Shown one piece after another: positions 47,391 to 57,987 of a DNA stretch of 64,000 nt; position 1 is the stretch's first letter, and each line of letters starts with the position of its first letter. The DNA lies in contig JAICYJ010000008.1 in assembly GCA_025934255.1 (NCBI GenBank), positions 12,209-76,208 of the forward strand, in the 5' to 3' direction. The stretch is from Thermoleophilia bacterium. Its GTDB lineage: Bacteria; Actinomycetota; Thermoleophilia; Gaiellales; JAICJC01. The notes below the pieces were generated by a model. That model was not told where the DNA came from, made no database searches, and saw nothing but the letters and a program-made list of their open reading frames with translations. Both the position numbers and the translations under genes were made by a program.

Positions 47391-48502
47391 TGACCGCCAC
47401 CGGCACCATCACGCTGGAGTCGGTCACCAAGCACTTCCCGGGCGGCGTGGTCGCGGTCGACAACCTCAGCCTGGAGGTGCAGCCGGGCGAGTTCCTGGTG
47501 CTGGTGGGCCCGTCCGGATGCGGCAAGACCACCGCGCTGCGGATGGTGGCCGGCCTCGAGCCGGTCACCGACGGCCAGATCCGGATCAACGACAGGGTCG
47601 TGACCAGGCTGCCGCCGCGCGACCGCGACATCGCGATGGTGTTCCAGAACTACGCCCTCTACGCGCACATGACGGTGAGAAACAACATGGCGTTCGGCCT
47701 CAAGATGGCGCGGATGCCGAAGGACGAGATCCGCCGGCGGGTGGACGAGGCGGCGGTGATGCTGGGACTGACCGAGCTGCTCAACCGCAAGCCACGGCAG
47801 CTCTCGGGCGGGCAGCGCCAGCGGGTGGCGATGGGCCGCGCGATCGTGCGCGAGCCGTCGGCGTTCCTGATGGACGAGCCGCTCTCCAACCTGGACGCCA
47901 AGCTGCGGGTGGAGATGCGCGGCGAGATCATCCGCGTGCAGCGCCGGATCGCCGCTCCCACGCTGTACGTCACGCACGACCAGACCGAGGCGATGACGAT
48001 GGGCGACCGCGTGGCGATCCTGCGCGACGGCCTGCTGCAGCAGCTGGGCACGCCCGACCAGGTCTACGACCGGCCGGTCAACGCGTTCGTCGCCGGGTTC
48101 ATCGGCTCGCCCTCGATGAACCTGCTGCCGGCCGGGCTGGAGGCCGACGGCGACGGTTGGGCCATCAGCGTCGGCGGCGCGCGCCTGGCGGCGCCGAAGC
48201 TGCTGGAGCAGCGGCGGTCGCTGCGCGGCTACCTGGGAAAGCCGGTCACGCTGGGGATCCGGCCCGAGGACTTCGGCACCGACGGCGGCGGCGGCGAGAT
48301 CGACGTGACGGTGTCGCGGCTGGAGTCGCTGGGCTCGGAGCTGGTCGCCTACCTCGCCCCGGCCGGCATGGCGGCGGACACGCTGCTGACCGCGCGGCTG
48401 GAGCGGCGCGCGTCGCTGGCCGAGGGCAGCGCGACGCGGGTGACCGTCGACGTCGACCGGCTCTACTTCTTCGACCCGGACAGCGGCGCCGCCCTCACCT
48501 GA
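47387..48502 (+). CDS. Sugar ABC ATP-binding protein (MalK/UgpC-like)
   Basis: GPSGCGKT, LSGGQ, DEPLSNLD, FIGSP. Confidence 0.95.
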   Translation: MMTATGTITLESVTKHFPGGVVAVDNLSLEVQPGEFLVLVGPSGCGKTTALRMVAGLEPVTDGQIRINDRVVTRLPPRDRDIAMVFQNYALYAHMTVRNNMAFGLKMARMPKDEIRRRVDEAAVMLGLTELLNRKPRQLSGGQRQRVAMGRAIVREPSAFLMDEPLSNLDAKLRVEMRGEIIRVQRRIAAPTLYVTHDQTEAMTMGDRVAILRDGLLQQLGTPDQVYDRPVNAFVAGFIGSPSMNLLPAGLEADGDGWAISVGGARLAAPKLLEQRRSLRGYLGKPVTLGIRPEDFGTDGGGGEIDVTVSRLESLGSELVAYLAPAGMAADTLLTARLERRASLAEGSATRVTVDVDRLYFFDPDSGAALT

Positions 48503-51470
48503 CCAGTAGGCTGATGATCTGGTGGGGCCGGTAGCCGATCTCGATCACGCCACCGTCCACCGGCAGCGGCTCGCCGGCGTCCTCGAGCAGGTTGCACAAC
48601 ACGGCCCCGGCGACCGGCCAGCCCACGCGCAGGCGCGCCCTGCCACGTGCCCCGTGGGCCTCGTACAGCCGCAGCAGCAGGGCGTCGGTGTCCTCGGCCC
48701 GCTTGACCGTGTCGAGCATCAGGTTGGGGTCGTCCACCGACAGCCATGAACGCGGCTCACCCGCGCCCGAAGCCCACCGCAGCGGGGCCGCGAACCGGGC
48801 CGCCTCGGCCACCACGCCGGCCTCGCGCCAGCCGCCCGCGTGCGGCATCACCGCGTAGGCGAACCGGTGGCTGCCCGCGTCGGCGTCGGGGTCGGGCACG
48901 GAGGTCGAGCGCAGCAGGCTGATCCGCATCTCGCCGCCCAGCGTCGAGTAGCCGTACTTGCAGTCGCTCAGAAGCGCCACGCCGAAGCCGTGCTCGGACA
49001 GGTCGGCGAAGCCGTGCCCGGGCACCTCGTAGCGGGCCAGATCGTGGCTGGTGGAGAAGTGGGTGGGCCGCTCGGCGTGGCCGAACTGCATCTGGTAGGT
49101 GGCGGATGGGCTGTGCACGGCCACCGGGAACAGCACCTTCAGCATCGTCCGGCGCTCCCGCCACTCGACCTCGCAGTGGAACTCGAGCCGGGAGGCGCCC
49201 GCGTCCAGCCGCACCAGCTGGCGCAGCGTGCTGGCCGCCCCGATCCGGTAGCGCAGCTCCACCTGCGCCCGCAGCCCGCCCGGCTGCGTGACGGCGCAGG
49301 ACTCGGCCGGCCCGGCGTCCCGGGCCGTCTCGAGGTGGAACGGGTCGACGTCCCAGGCCTCGTAGGCCGTGGGCCGGTCGTCGTACAGCTGGAAGACGTT
49401 CCCCGGCTCGTCCAGGGCCTCGCGATCGGCGACCAGGTGCCTCAGCGAGACGAGGCGGCCATCGTCGGCGAGCTCGGCCCGCAGCAGGCCGTTCTCGAGC
49501 ACCACGCGGTCTCCCCGCTCGGTTGCACGCGCCGCGTCCGGCCCGGTCTCCGACGCGGTGCCGACGCCGTAGCTGGGCGCCTCCACCCAGGCCAGCTCTC
49601 CGTCCGGTCGCTCCGCCACCTCGGCGCGAGCCGCTCCGATCGTGTTCACCGGCGCCGGCCGTCCGCTGCCTGTGATCGCCGCCAGCGCGCCGGCCGCCAC
49701 CGCCTCGGCGCCTGCCAGCACGGCGGCGTGATCACGGGCAGCGTCCTCGTAGACCAGGCCGATGCCCGAGCCGGGCAGGATGTCGTGGAACTGGTTCAGC
49801 AACAGCAGCTTCCAGAGCTCCTCCAGCCGCTCGGCGGGGTAGGCGGCGCCGGCCTCGCGCATGGCGGCGGCGGCCAGCAACTCGGCATCGTGCAGCGCCC
49901 GCTCGCCCCGCGCGTTGCCCAGTTTGACAGCTGCCTGCGACGTGTAGGTGCCGCGGTGGTACTCGAAGTAGAGCTCACCCAGGATCGCCGGCAGGTCGGG
50001 AGCATCGGCCTCCAGCGCTGTGAAGAACTCTTCGCTGGTGGTGATGGTGGTGCGCGGAAGGCCCTGCAGGTCGCGAGCGCGGCGCAGCCTCTCCAACATG
50101 TCCGGCGTCGGCCCGCCGCCGCCGTCGCCGTAGCCGAACACCAGCAGGCTGCGGTGCGAGCGGTCGTGGTCCTTGTAGTCGCGGACGCTGCGGCGGAGCT
50201 CGGCCACCTCGGCGCTCGCGTTGTACGTGTCGGCCGGCGGGAAGTGCGCGAGCACCTGCGACCCGTCGATTCCCTGCCAGGTGAACGTGTGGTGGGCGGG
50301 CGGGTTGAACCGGTTCCAGGACAGCTTCTGTGTGAGGAACCGGCCGATCCCGGCGCCGCGCATGATCTGGGGCAGCTGGCCGTTGTAGCCGAACACGTCG
50401 GGGTTCCAGAACTCGGCACAGCGGCGGCCGAACTCCCGCTCGAAGTAGCGCTGGCCGTGCAGGAACTGGCGCACGAGCGACTCGCCCGACGGCAGGTTGC
50501 AGTCCGGCTCCACCCAGGTGCCGCCCACCGGCAGCCACTGGCCGGATTCAACACGGGCGCGGATGCGTCCGTACAGCTCCGGGTTGCGGCGCCGGATCCA
50601 GTCGTAGTGCTGGGCCTGTGAGCACGCGAACCGGAACTCCGGATAGCGGTCCATGTAGGCGACCTGGGAGCTGAAGCTGCGCACCGCCTTGCGGTAGCTC
50701 TCGGCCAGCGGCCACAGCCAGGCGGTGTCGAGGTGGGCGTGGCCGATCGCCGACAGCTCGTGGGCGACGGTCGCGTTGCGGCGCTCGAGCAGGGGCGCCA
50801 GGATCGCCTCGGACTCGTCCCAGGTGGCCGGATCATGCTCTGACCAGACGTTGCAGACGCGGTTCAGCTCGTACAGCAGCTCGCCCGCCCAGGTCGGGTC
50901 GAGCCCGTCCGCGTGCTCGGCCTCGAGCCGCCGCAGCACGTCGAAGTCGTGGTGCAGCCGCCAGGCGCGCGGGTCGAAGCGGGCGATCTGGCAGCGATCG
51001 AGCACCACCGGCTCGCGGCTGGCGTAGGGGCGGGGCAGCTCGCCGAACAGGCCGTTGCATGCGAGCTCGACGCGAAGGTCGAGCCGCTCGCCCGCGGTCG
51101 CCGCCTCGCGCAGCATGGCGTCCACGCGGGCGCCGTCGGGGCTGGTGTTCAAGCCCTGCAGCGCCCGGCCGCCGTCCCACAGCGTGGCCTCGCTGTGGCT
51201 GACCCACAGCAGGTCGACGCGCTCGCCCTGCCACCGCTCCGGCACGGTCGCCTCGACCTTGAACCAGTAGCTGGCCCAGAGCGGCCCGAACGTCTCGCCC
51301 AGCTCGCAGTCGCGGTAGTCGAGCAGCTCCGCCTCGGCCGGCTCGATGCGGTCGACCGGCCCGGCCACCGCCAGCCGCTCGGGGGCGATGGCGTCGGCGT
51401 GGATCAGCGCGCGAATCCGGTCCCCGACCTGGGCGATCCGCTCGCGGGTGTAGCCGGGGTGGCGCAGCAT
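48495..51470 (-). CDS. Alpha-mannosidase, GH38
   Basis: HAHLDTAWLW, PDVFG, GYGDGGGG, ELYFEYHRG, NQFHDILPG. Confidence 0.95.
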   Translation of the reverse strand: MLRHPGYTRERIAQVGDRIRALIHADAIAPERLAVAGPVDRIEPAEAELLDYRDCELGETFGPLWASYWFKVEATVPERWQGERVDLLWVSHSEATLWDGGRALQGLNTSPDGARVDAMLREAATAGERLDLRVELACNGLFGELPRPYASREPVVLDRCQIARFDPRAWRLHHDFDVLRRLEAEHADGLDPTWAGELLYELNRVCNVWSEHDPATWDESEAILAPLLERRNATVAHELSAIGHAHLDTAWLWPLAESYRKAVRSFSSQVAYMDRYPEFRFACSQAQHYDWIRRRNPELYGRIRARVESGQWLPVGGTWVEPDCNLPSGESLVRQFLHGQRYFEREFGRRCAEFWNPDVFGYNGQLPQIMRGAGIGRFLTQKLSWNRFNPPAHHTFTWQGIDGSQVLAHFPPADTYNASAEVAELRRSVRDYKDHDRSHRSLLVFGYGDGGGGPTPDMLERLRRARDLQGLPRTTITTSEEFFTALEADAPDLPAILGELYFEYHRGTYTSQAAVKLGNARGERALHDAELLAAAAMREAGAAYPAERLEELWKLLLLNQFHDILPGSGIGLVYEDAARDHAAVLAGAEAVAAGALAAITGSGRPAPVNTIGAARAEVAERPDGELAWVEAPSYGVGTASETGPDAARATERGDRVVLENGLLRAELADDGRLVSLRHLVADREALDEPGNVFQLYDDRPTAYEAWDVDPFHLETARDAGPAESCAVTQPGGLRAQVELRYRIGAASTLRQLVRLDAGASRLEFHCEVEWRERRTMLKVLFPVAVHSPSATYQMQFGHAERPTHFSTSHDLARYEVPGHGFADLSEHGFGVALLSDCKYGYSTLGGEMRISLLRSTSVPDPDADAGSHRFAYAVMPHAGGWREAGVVAEAARFAAPLRWASGAGEPRSWLSVDDPNLMLDTVKRAEDTDALLLRLYEAHGARGRARLRVGWPVAGAVLCNLLEDAGEPLPVDGGVIEIGYRPHQIISLLVR

Positions 51471-51490
51471 CAGCGCGACACCCTAGAGGA

Positions 51491-51766
51491 TCACACCCTG
51501 CCCGTCAGTCGTCGCCAGAGCGACGGCGGCCGCGGCCGGGTCGCCCGCCACTCGCTCTCCAGGGGCAGCCTCCCCGCCTCTCGCGCCGCCAGCACGCACT
51601 CGCCGTGGGCGTGCCGCCGCCGGTCGCCGTCGCCCTCCGGGGAGATCAGCATGTGATCGCTCATGGCGTGCAGCCGCAGCCCGCAGAGCGGACAGCGGTA
51701 GGTGGCCGGCTTGCGGCTTCGCACCGGCCGGATCGCCCACCATCGCGCCTGTTCGACCTTTGCCAC
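51491..51766 (-). CDS. Small Zn-ribbon hypothetical protein
   Basis: YRCPLC...RRHAHGEC. Confidence 0.65.
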   Translation of the reverse strand: MAKVEQARWWAIRPVRSRKPATYRCPLCGLRLHAMSDHMLISPEGDGDRRRHAHGECVLAAREAGRLPLESEWRATRPRPPSLWRRLTGRV

Positions 51767-51874
51767 GGGATCATATGATGCCCCAGTCCGGTCGACGCGA
51801 CCCGCTTGCGGTACGCCAGTGCGCTGTGACAGTGTGCTCGGTCGACATCGCTGTCCAAGCTGGAAGGGATCATC

Positions 51875-52318
51875 GTGACAGAGCAGAGCGTTCAGTCCAC
51901 GGCAGAAGAGAACAAAGCGGTCATCCGTCGGTTTGTCGAGGAAGTCCAGAATCAGCGCAACTGGGACGTCTTCGACGAGTTGAACGATCCCTCATTCGTC
52001 AACCACAGTTCGCCGCCGGGTGTCCCCAGCGATCGTGAGGGCGGGAAGATGTTCCTGGCCGGCTTCCTGAGCGCGTTCCCGGATGCCAGGTTCACGGTCG
52101 AGGACATGGTCGCCGAGGGCGAACAGGTCGTGACCAAGAAGACCTTCAGCGGCACTCACAAGGACGAGTTCTTCGGCATCCCCGCCACCGGGAAGCCGGT
52201 GACGCTGACGTTCGTAGACATCATGCGCGTGCGGGACGGACGGATCACCGAGCACTGGCTCTGCATGGATCAGCTGAGCTTCATGCAGCAACTCGGAGTG
52301 ATCCCGACACCGGGATAA
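51875..52318 (+). CDS. SnoaL-like ester cyclase family protein
   Basis: ENKAVIRRF, AFPD, GTH.DEF.GIP.TGK, EHW. Confidence 0.9.
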   Translation: MTEQSVQSTAEENKAVIRRFVEEVQNQRNWDVFDELNDPSFVNHSSPPGVPSDREGGKMFLAGFLSAFPDARFTVEDMVAEGEQVVTKKTFSGTHKDEFFGIPATGKPVTLTFVDIMRVRDGRITEHWLCMDQLSFMQQLGVIPTPG

Positions 52319-52355
52319 CCTCGGCGAACTCCGCACCGGCGGCGAGCCCGGCGGC

Positions 52356-52898
52356 TCAGGCGTGCGCGACAAGATGCACGGGGCGCTGCTGCTGGTGCCG
52401 CCGCGTCCGGTGCACGCGCTGGGTGCCGCGCAGACGCACGGCTCCGCTGTAGTCCGCGGCGTACCAGCCGTGGCTGAGACTGGCCACCGACACCACGTCA
52501 CCGCTCTGCGGCGCGTGGATGAACTGGCCGTGGCCGATCCACAGTCCAACGTGGCCGAGCCCGTTGAAGAAGACCAGGTCGCCGGGGAGCAGCGCGCGGC
52601 GCCCGATGTGGCGTCCCATCGTCCACTGGGCGTAGCTCGAGTGCGGCAACGCGATACCCATGTGGGCGTAGACGAACCGCGTGAAGCCCGAGCAGTCGAA
52701 GCCGCGCGGCGTCGTCCCCGCCCACACGTAGGGCGTGCCGCGGAAGCGCAGCGAGAACTTCGCCGCGCGCGCGCCCAGCGTCCGCGGCCGGTCAGGAGCC
52801 GTGTGGGGGCGGTGGAAGACGTGGCCGGTTGCGGCAGCGCGCGCAGGGATAGGCGGCAGCAGTGACGCTGCCAGGATCGTGAGCAGAGCCCGTTTCAC
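52356..52898 (-). CDS. Secreted NlpC/P60 (C40) peptidase
   Basis: PYVWAG, FDCSG, PGDLVFF, HVG, FIHAP. Confidence 0.92.
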   Translation of the reverse strand: MKRALLTILAASLLPPIPARAAATGHVFHRPHTAPDRPRTLGARAAKFSLRFRGTPYVWAGTTPRGFDCSGFTRFVYAHMGIALPHSSYAQWTMGRHIGRRALLPGDLVFFNGLGHVGLWIGHGQFIHAPQSGDVVSVASLSHGWYAADYSGAVRLRGTQRVHRTRRHQQQRPVHLVAHA

Positions 52899-52956
52899 AG
52901 CGGCTAAGAGTACAGACCTGTTTTTGCGCGTGTCGCAACACGCTCACAAGAATCCG

Positions 52957-54045
52957 TCAAACGTTGTGCGCGATCGCCGCCTGGGAGCCGGTGTGGAACA
53001 GGTGAAGCCGGCCGCGCTCGACGCCGAACTGGAATCGGTCACCCAGCCGGTGGTTGGAGGCCCCGTCGGCGCGCACCACCAGCCGCAGGTCATCGGCCAC
53101 GCGCACGCCCAGGAACGTCTCGCGGCCCAGCGCCTCGACCGACTCGATCATGCCCTGGAACGGCCCGGCCAGGCCGGCGCCGTCCTGCCACGGGCGCGTG
53201 TGCTCGGGGCGGATGCCGATGATCGCCTCGTCCCCCACGTCGGCGACCGGCGCGCACTCGAAGCGCAGCGCCGGGTGGGTCAGCCGCAGCGCCTCGCCCT
53301 CGCGCTGCACCGCCATACGCCCGAACGTCATCGCCGGGCTGCCGATGAAGCCGGCCACGAACATGTTGGCCGGCCGGTTGTAGACCACGTCCGGCCGCCC
53401 CTCCTGCTCGAGCAGCCCGTCACGCATCACGGCGATCCGGTCGCCCATCGTCATCGCCTCGACCTGGTCGTGGGTGACGAACACCGTGGTCACCCCGGTC
53501 TCGCGCTGCAGCGCCTTGATCTCGGCCCGCATGTCCACCCGCAGCTTGGCGTCGAGGTTGGACAGCGGCTCGTCCATCAGGAACGCCTGCGGCTCTCGCA
53601 CCAGCGCCCGGCCCAGCGCCACCCGCTGGCGCTGGCCGCCGGACAGCTGCCGCGGCTTGCGGTCGAGCAGCTCGCCCAGGCCCAGCCGCTCCGCCGCCTC
53701 GGTCACCAACCGCCGCACCTGCTCGCGCGGCACCTTGCGGGTCTGCAGGCCGAACGCGAGGTTGCGGTAGACGCTCATCTGCGGGTACAGCGCGTAGTCC
53801 TGGAACACCATCGCCACGTCGCGCTGGCGGGGCGGCAGCTGCTGCACTTCGCGGTCGCCGATCAGGATCCGGCCGGAGCTGACCGCCTCCAGCCCGGCCA
53901 GCATCCTCAGCGCGGTGGTCTTGCCGCAGCCGGACGGGCCGACCAGCACCACGAACTCGCCGTCGGCCACGTCGAGGGTCAGGACGCGCACGGCCGTCAC
54001 CTCACCGAACCGCTTCACGACCTGGTCGAAGGCGATGCCAGGCAC
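52957..54045 (-). CDS. Sugar ABC ATP-binding protein
   Basis: GPSGCGKT, LSGGQ, DEPLSNLD. Confidence 0.95.
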   Translation of the reverse strand: MPGIAFDQVVKRFGEVTAVRVLTLDVADGEFVVLVGPSGCGKTTALRMLAGLEAVSSGRILIGDREVQQLPPRQRDVAMVFQDYALYPQMSVYRNLAFGLQTRKVPREQVRRLVTEAAERLGLGELLDRKPRQLSGGQRQRVALGRALVREPQAFLMDEPLSNLDAKLRVDMRAEIKALQRETGVTTVFVTHDQVEAMTMGDRIAVMRDGLLEQEGRPDVVYNRPANMFVAGFIGSPAMTFGRMAVQREGEALRLTHPALRFECAPVADVGDEAIIGIRPEHTRPWQDGAGLAGPFQGMIESVEALGRETFLGVRVADDLRLVVRADGASNHRLGDRFQFGVERGRLHLFHTGSQAAIAHNV

Positions 54046-54046
54046 G

Positions 54047-54871
54047 TCAGCCCTTGATCGATCCGGCCAGCATGCCGCGCAGGAACTGGCGCTGCGTCAG
54101 CACGTACAGGATCACGACCGGCGCTGCCACGAACACGGCCGCCGCCGACACGCCGGGCACGTCCACGCCGTAGCGGCTCTGGAATGCGGACAGGCCCAGC
54201 GGTGCGGTGCGGTGGGTCTGGTCGGAGATCATCACCAGCGCCAGCAGGAACTCGTTCCACGTCCACATGAACACCAGCAGCACCATGGTGACGATGGCCG
54301 GGCGCCCGATCGGCACCAGCACCCGCCACAGGATCCGCCACGAGGTGGCGCCGTCAACGCGCGCCGCGTCCGACAGCTCGGGCGGGAGCGAGCGGAAGAA
54401 GGCGCGCATCCAGAACACGCCGAACGAGATCGACAGGCCGGTCTGGGGCAGGATCAGGCCCCAGTAGGAGTCCGTCAGGCCGACGTTTCGGAAGCTGTAG
54501 TAGAGCGGCACGATCAGCGACTCGAACGGCACCACGATGCCGGTCAGGATCACGTAGAACAGCAGGTCGGCGAACGGGAAGCGCATCGTCCCGAACGCAT
54601 ACCCGGCCGGGATCGAGAGCACCGTCGTCAGGGCCACCACCGTCACCGCCACGATCGCGCTCGACGTCATCAGCCGGCTGAAGCCGCCCTCGTCCCAGGC
54701 CGTGCGGAACGTGGACAGGCTGAACGAGTCGGGCAGCCCGGCGCCGGACAGGAGCGTTCCGGAGGGGTGCATCGCCGCCAGCACAACGACCACCAGCGGG
54801 GCCAGCGCCAGCACCGCGAACAGGGCCAGCATCAGGTGGGTCGCGGTGCGCTCGAAGCTGCCGGTGTTCAC
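54047..54871 (-). CDS. Carbohydrate ABC permease
   Basis: DAARVDGA, WNEF; GTGA overlap. Confidence 0.92.
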   Translation of the reverse strand: MNTGSFERTATHLMLALFAVLALAPLVVVVLAAMHPSGTLLSGAGLPDSFSLSTFRTAWDEGGFSRLMTSSAIVAVTVVALTTVLSIPAGYAFGTMRFPFADLLFYVILTGIVVPFESLIVPLYYSFRNVGLTDSYWGLILPQTGLSISFGVFWMRAFFRSLPPELSDAARVDGATSWRILWRVLVPIGRPAIVTMVLLVFMWTWNEFLLALVMISDQTHRTAPLGLSAFQSRYGVDVPGVSAAAVFVAAPVVILYVLTQRQFLRGMLAGSIKG

Positions 54872-55742
54872 CGCCGCTCCTCCACCACCCGGGTGATCAC
54901 GACCGACAGCAGCAGGATGATCGCACCCATCATCGCCCCGATCGCGGCCGCAGATCCGACCTCGCCGGTGATGAACGCGCGCTGGTAGATCAGCAGCGAG
55001 GGCACCGTCGTGGCGTTGCCAGGGCCGCCCTTGGTGGTGACGAAGATGATGTCGAACGCGCGCAGCGCGGTGATCACGCTCAGCGACATCGCCACCGCCA
55101 GCTCGTTGCGCAGGCCCGGCAGCGTGACCGCGAAGAACTCGCGCACCGGGCCGGCGCCGTCGACCCGCGCCGCCTCGTAGCGCGACAGCGGGATCCGCTG
55201 CACGCCGGCCACGAACAGCACCAGGCACAGGCCCGTGGTGACCCAGGTGCCGATCACGCCCACGGCCGGAAGCGCCGTCGAGAAGTCGCCCAGCCACGAG
55301 TGCTCGAGGCTGCTCAGCCCGACGGCGCCGAGCAGCGAGTTGATCGGCCCGGACGGGTCGTACAGCCACTTCCAGGCAACGCCGACCACCACCGCCGCCA
55401 GCACCTGGGGCAGGAAGATGATGGTGCGAACGGCGGCGCCGCCCCGCACCCGGGCGTGCGTCATCAGCGCGGTCAGGAACAGCCCGATCGTGATCGGCAG
55501 CACCGCGTAGAACCCCACCAGCACCAGCGAGTGGCCGAACGCCTCCCGCACCAGCGGGTCGACCAGCGCCTCGCGGTAGTTGGACAGGCCCACCCAGTGC
55601 CCGACCGTGACGCCGTCCCACGCAAACAGCGAGATCCAGGCGCCGTCGATCATGGGCGCGACGACGAACACGCCGAACACCACCAGCGCCGGCAGCACGT
55701 ACAGGTAGCCGATCAGCCGCGGCTCGCCGGGGGCGGGCTCAC
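54868..55742 (-). CDS. Carbohydrate ABC permease, apparent one-base loss near 5' end
   Basis: YEAARVDGAG, GGPG; GTG at 55742 is out of frame with PGEPRLIGYLY unless G5 at 55729-55733 is G6. Confidence 0.85.
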
Positions 55743-57100
55743 GAATGTGTCTTCACCCAGTCCTGCTGGACGGCCGCCGCGAAGTCGGCCGGCGTCTCGC
55801 GGTTCTCGCTCAACTGCTGCAGCCCGCCGAACAGGGTGTCGCCCATCGTGGGGGTGGCCCAGTCCAGGTAGGGCGTGAGCGTGCCCGCCTTGGCCTTCTC
55901 GCTCCAGGCGGCCGCGATCGCCGCCAGCGACGAGTTGGGATCGACCGCTGCCGCCCCCGGGTTCGCCGCCGGCAGGTCGCCGTTGCGGATCACGACCTTG
56001 GCCGCGTGCTGGTCGGTGATGAAGTTGATGAACGCCGCCGCCACAGCCTGGTTCTGGGAGTGCGAGCTGATGTGGAACGGCAGCGACAGCGAGCCGGTGG
56101 TGGGTGCTCCCGGCGTGCCGTCCAGGGACGGCAGCGGCAAGAAGCCGACGCCGTCGCCGAGCGGCCCGGCGAACGTCTGGTTCTCCCAGGGGCCGGTGAT
56201 GAAGTAGAGCCCCTCGCCCTTGCCGAAGCGGGCGGCCGCGTTCTCCTGGCTGACGCCGTTGAAGCCGTCCTCGAAGTAGCCCTTGTCGCTCCACTGCTGC
56301 AGCACCGTGGCCGCCTTGCGAGTGCCCGCGGTGTCGAACGTGGCGCCGGCCTGGCCGTACGTCCAGTTCGAGATGGACGCGGCCTGGTCGAACCCCGCCT
56401 GCAGCACCATGAACACGTGCCCCAGAGGCCAGCGGTCGAGGTTCCCGACCATGATCGGCGGCACGCCCCTGGACCTGGCCACGGCCAGGCTCTGCTGGAA
56501 CTGGTCGAACGTGGTCGGCACCTGCAGGCCCAGCCGCTGCAGGGTGGCCTTGTTGTAGAAGGCCCCCACCACCTCGGCCTTCTGGGCGATGCCCCACAGC
56601 CGGCCCACGCCCCACTGGTTGCCGTCGGACGACCAGCGCAGCGGGTTCAGCGCCGCCGAGCTGCCGAACCGGGTGTCCCAGCCGTAGGCCTTGGCGTAGT
56701 CGTCCAGGGGCACGATCAGGTGCGCCTTCACCAGCGCCCGGTCGACCGCGCCCTCGTTGCCCTGGAAGACATCAGGGGCGTCGCTGGACGAGGCCGCCAG
56801 CTTGATCGTGGCCATGTAGTCGTCGAAGTTCTTGACGACGCGCTTGACGGTGACGTTCGGGTACCTCTGCTCGAACTGCTGGATCAGCTCGTCCTCGGCC
56901 GTCGACGGACCGGGTGAGTTCTCCGTGTCCCACATCGTCAGGGTCACCTGCTTGGTGGTGTCGAAGCCGGTGGACACGGCACCGCTGGGCTGGGACACCG
57001 AACCGCCGCTCGCTCCCGGGGTGCCGCATGCGGGCAGGGCCAGCACCGCCGTCAGGCAGGCAAGCGACATGGACAGGCGGGGACGCATGTGAATCATCAT
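55739..57100 (-). CDS. Sugar ABC substrate-binding lipoprotein
   Basis: Lipobox LPAC, PDVF, FYNK. Confidence 0.9.
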   Translation of the reverse strand: MMIHMRPRLSMSLACLTAVLALPACGTPGASGGSVSQPSGAVSTGFDTTKQVTLTMWDTENSPGPSTAEDELIQQFEQRYPNVTVKRVVKNFDDYMATIKLAASSSDAPDVFQGNEGAVDRALVKAHLIVPLDDYAKAYGWDTRFGSSAALNPLRWSSDGNQWGVGRLWGIAQKAEVVGAFYNKATLQRLGLQVPTTFDQFQQSLAVARSRGVPPIMVGNLDRWPLGHVFMVLQAGFDQAASISNWTYGQAGATFDTAGTRKAATVLQQWSDKGYFEDGFNGVSQENAAARFGKGEGLYFITGPWENQTFAGPLGDGVGFLPLPSLDGTPGAPTTGSLSLPFHISSHSQNQAVAAAFINFITDQHAAKVVIRNGDLPAANPGAAAVDPNSSLAAIAAAWSEKAKAGTLTPYLDWATPTMGDTLFGGLQQLSENRETPADFAAAVQQDWVKTHS

Positions 57101-57987
57101 CTGGTTCCGTTCGGTGGGATGCTTGCATCAAAGGGCCCGGCGATGTCGCGCAACTCATCGATCGTGAGGGCGCCGGCCAGCGTGGTGGGGACGCGCACCG
57201 ACATCGCGGCGTAGGTCACGGCCAGCCGCAGGCGCTCGGCCACCGGCATTCCGGCCAGATCGGCCCAGACCCAGGCGGCCGTGAACAGGTCGCCGGCGCC
57301 GTTCGTGTCCACGGCCGTCACCGACGGCGCGGACTGGCGGAGCAGGCCGTGCGGTCCGGCGCAGACGGCGCCCTCGTCCGCGAGCGTGACGACCACCGTC
57401 GAGCAGTGCCGGGTCAGCGCCTCGGCGGCCTGCCCGGCGTCGTCGATGCCGGTCAGGAACGATGCCTCGGAGTGGTTCGCCACGAGCGTCCTGGCCGAGG
57501 CCAGGGCCGCCGGCAGCCGTCCGGCCAGGGCACGCGCGTCGAAGTCACCCACCACCGCGTAGACGGCGCACCCAGCCGGCGCCTCGGCCACCTCGGGCAG
57601 GTCGATCACGACCGCCCGCGGCTCCAGCGCGGCGATCGCCTCGCCGTCGCGGGGCAGATCGGGCGCGACGGTGACGAATGCGCGGTCGCCGTCCAGGGGC
57701 AGGATCGCCGAGACGGCCGTCGCGTCGGCACGCGGGCCGACCCAGCCGATGCCCTGCTCGGCCAGCAGACCGGAGAGGATGCGCCCGCACAGGTCGTCTC
57801 CCACCGGCGACATCACGACCGCCTCCAGATTCAGCCGGGTCAGGCCCAGCGCCACGTTTGCGAGTCCGCCCGGCGTGAACTGGACACGCTCGGCCATGCG
57901 CTCCTCGCCCAGGGCCGGCATCGCCCCCATGCCGCTGAACGTGATGTCCAGGAACGGCGCTCCCGCGCAGACCACATCGACGCTCAT
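57097..57987 (-). CDS. PfkB family carbohydrate kinase
   Basis: MSVDVVCAG, PGG..N, DTNGAGD; ATGA overlaps on both sides. Confidence 0.9.
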   Translation of the reverse strand: MSVDVVCAGAPFLDITFSGMGAMPALGEERMAERVQFTPGGLANVALGLTRLNLEAVVMSPVGDDLCGRILSGLLAEQGIGWVGPRADATAVSAILPLDGDRAFVTVAPDLPRDGEAIAALEPRAVVIDLPEVAEAPAGCAVYAVVGDFDARALAGRLPAALASARTLVANHSEASFLTGIDDAGQAAEALTRHCSTVVVTLADEGAVCAGPHGLLRQSAPSVTAVDTNGAGDLFTAAWVWADLAGMPVAERLRLAVTYAAMSVRVPTTLAGALTIDELRDIAGPFDASIPPNGTR

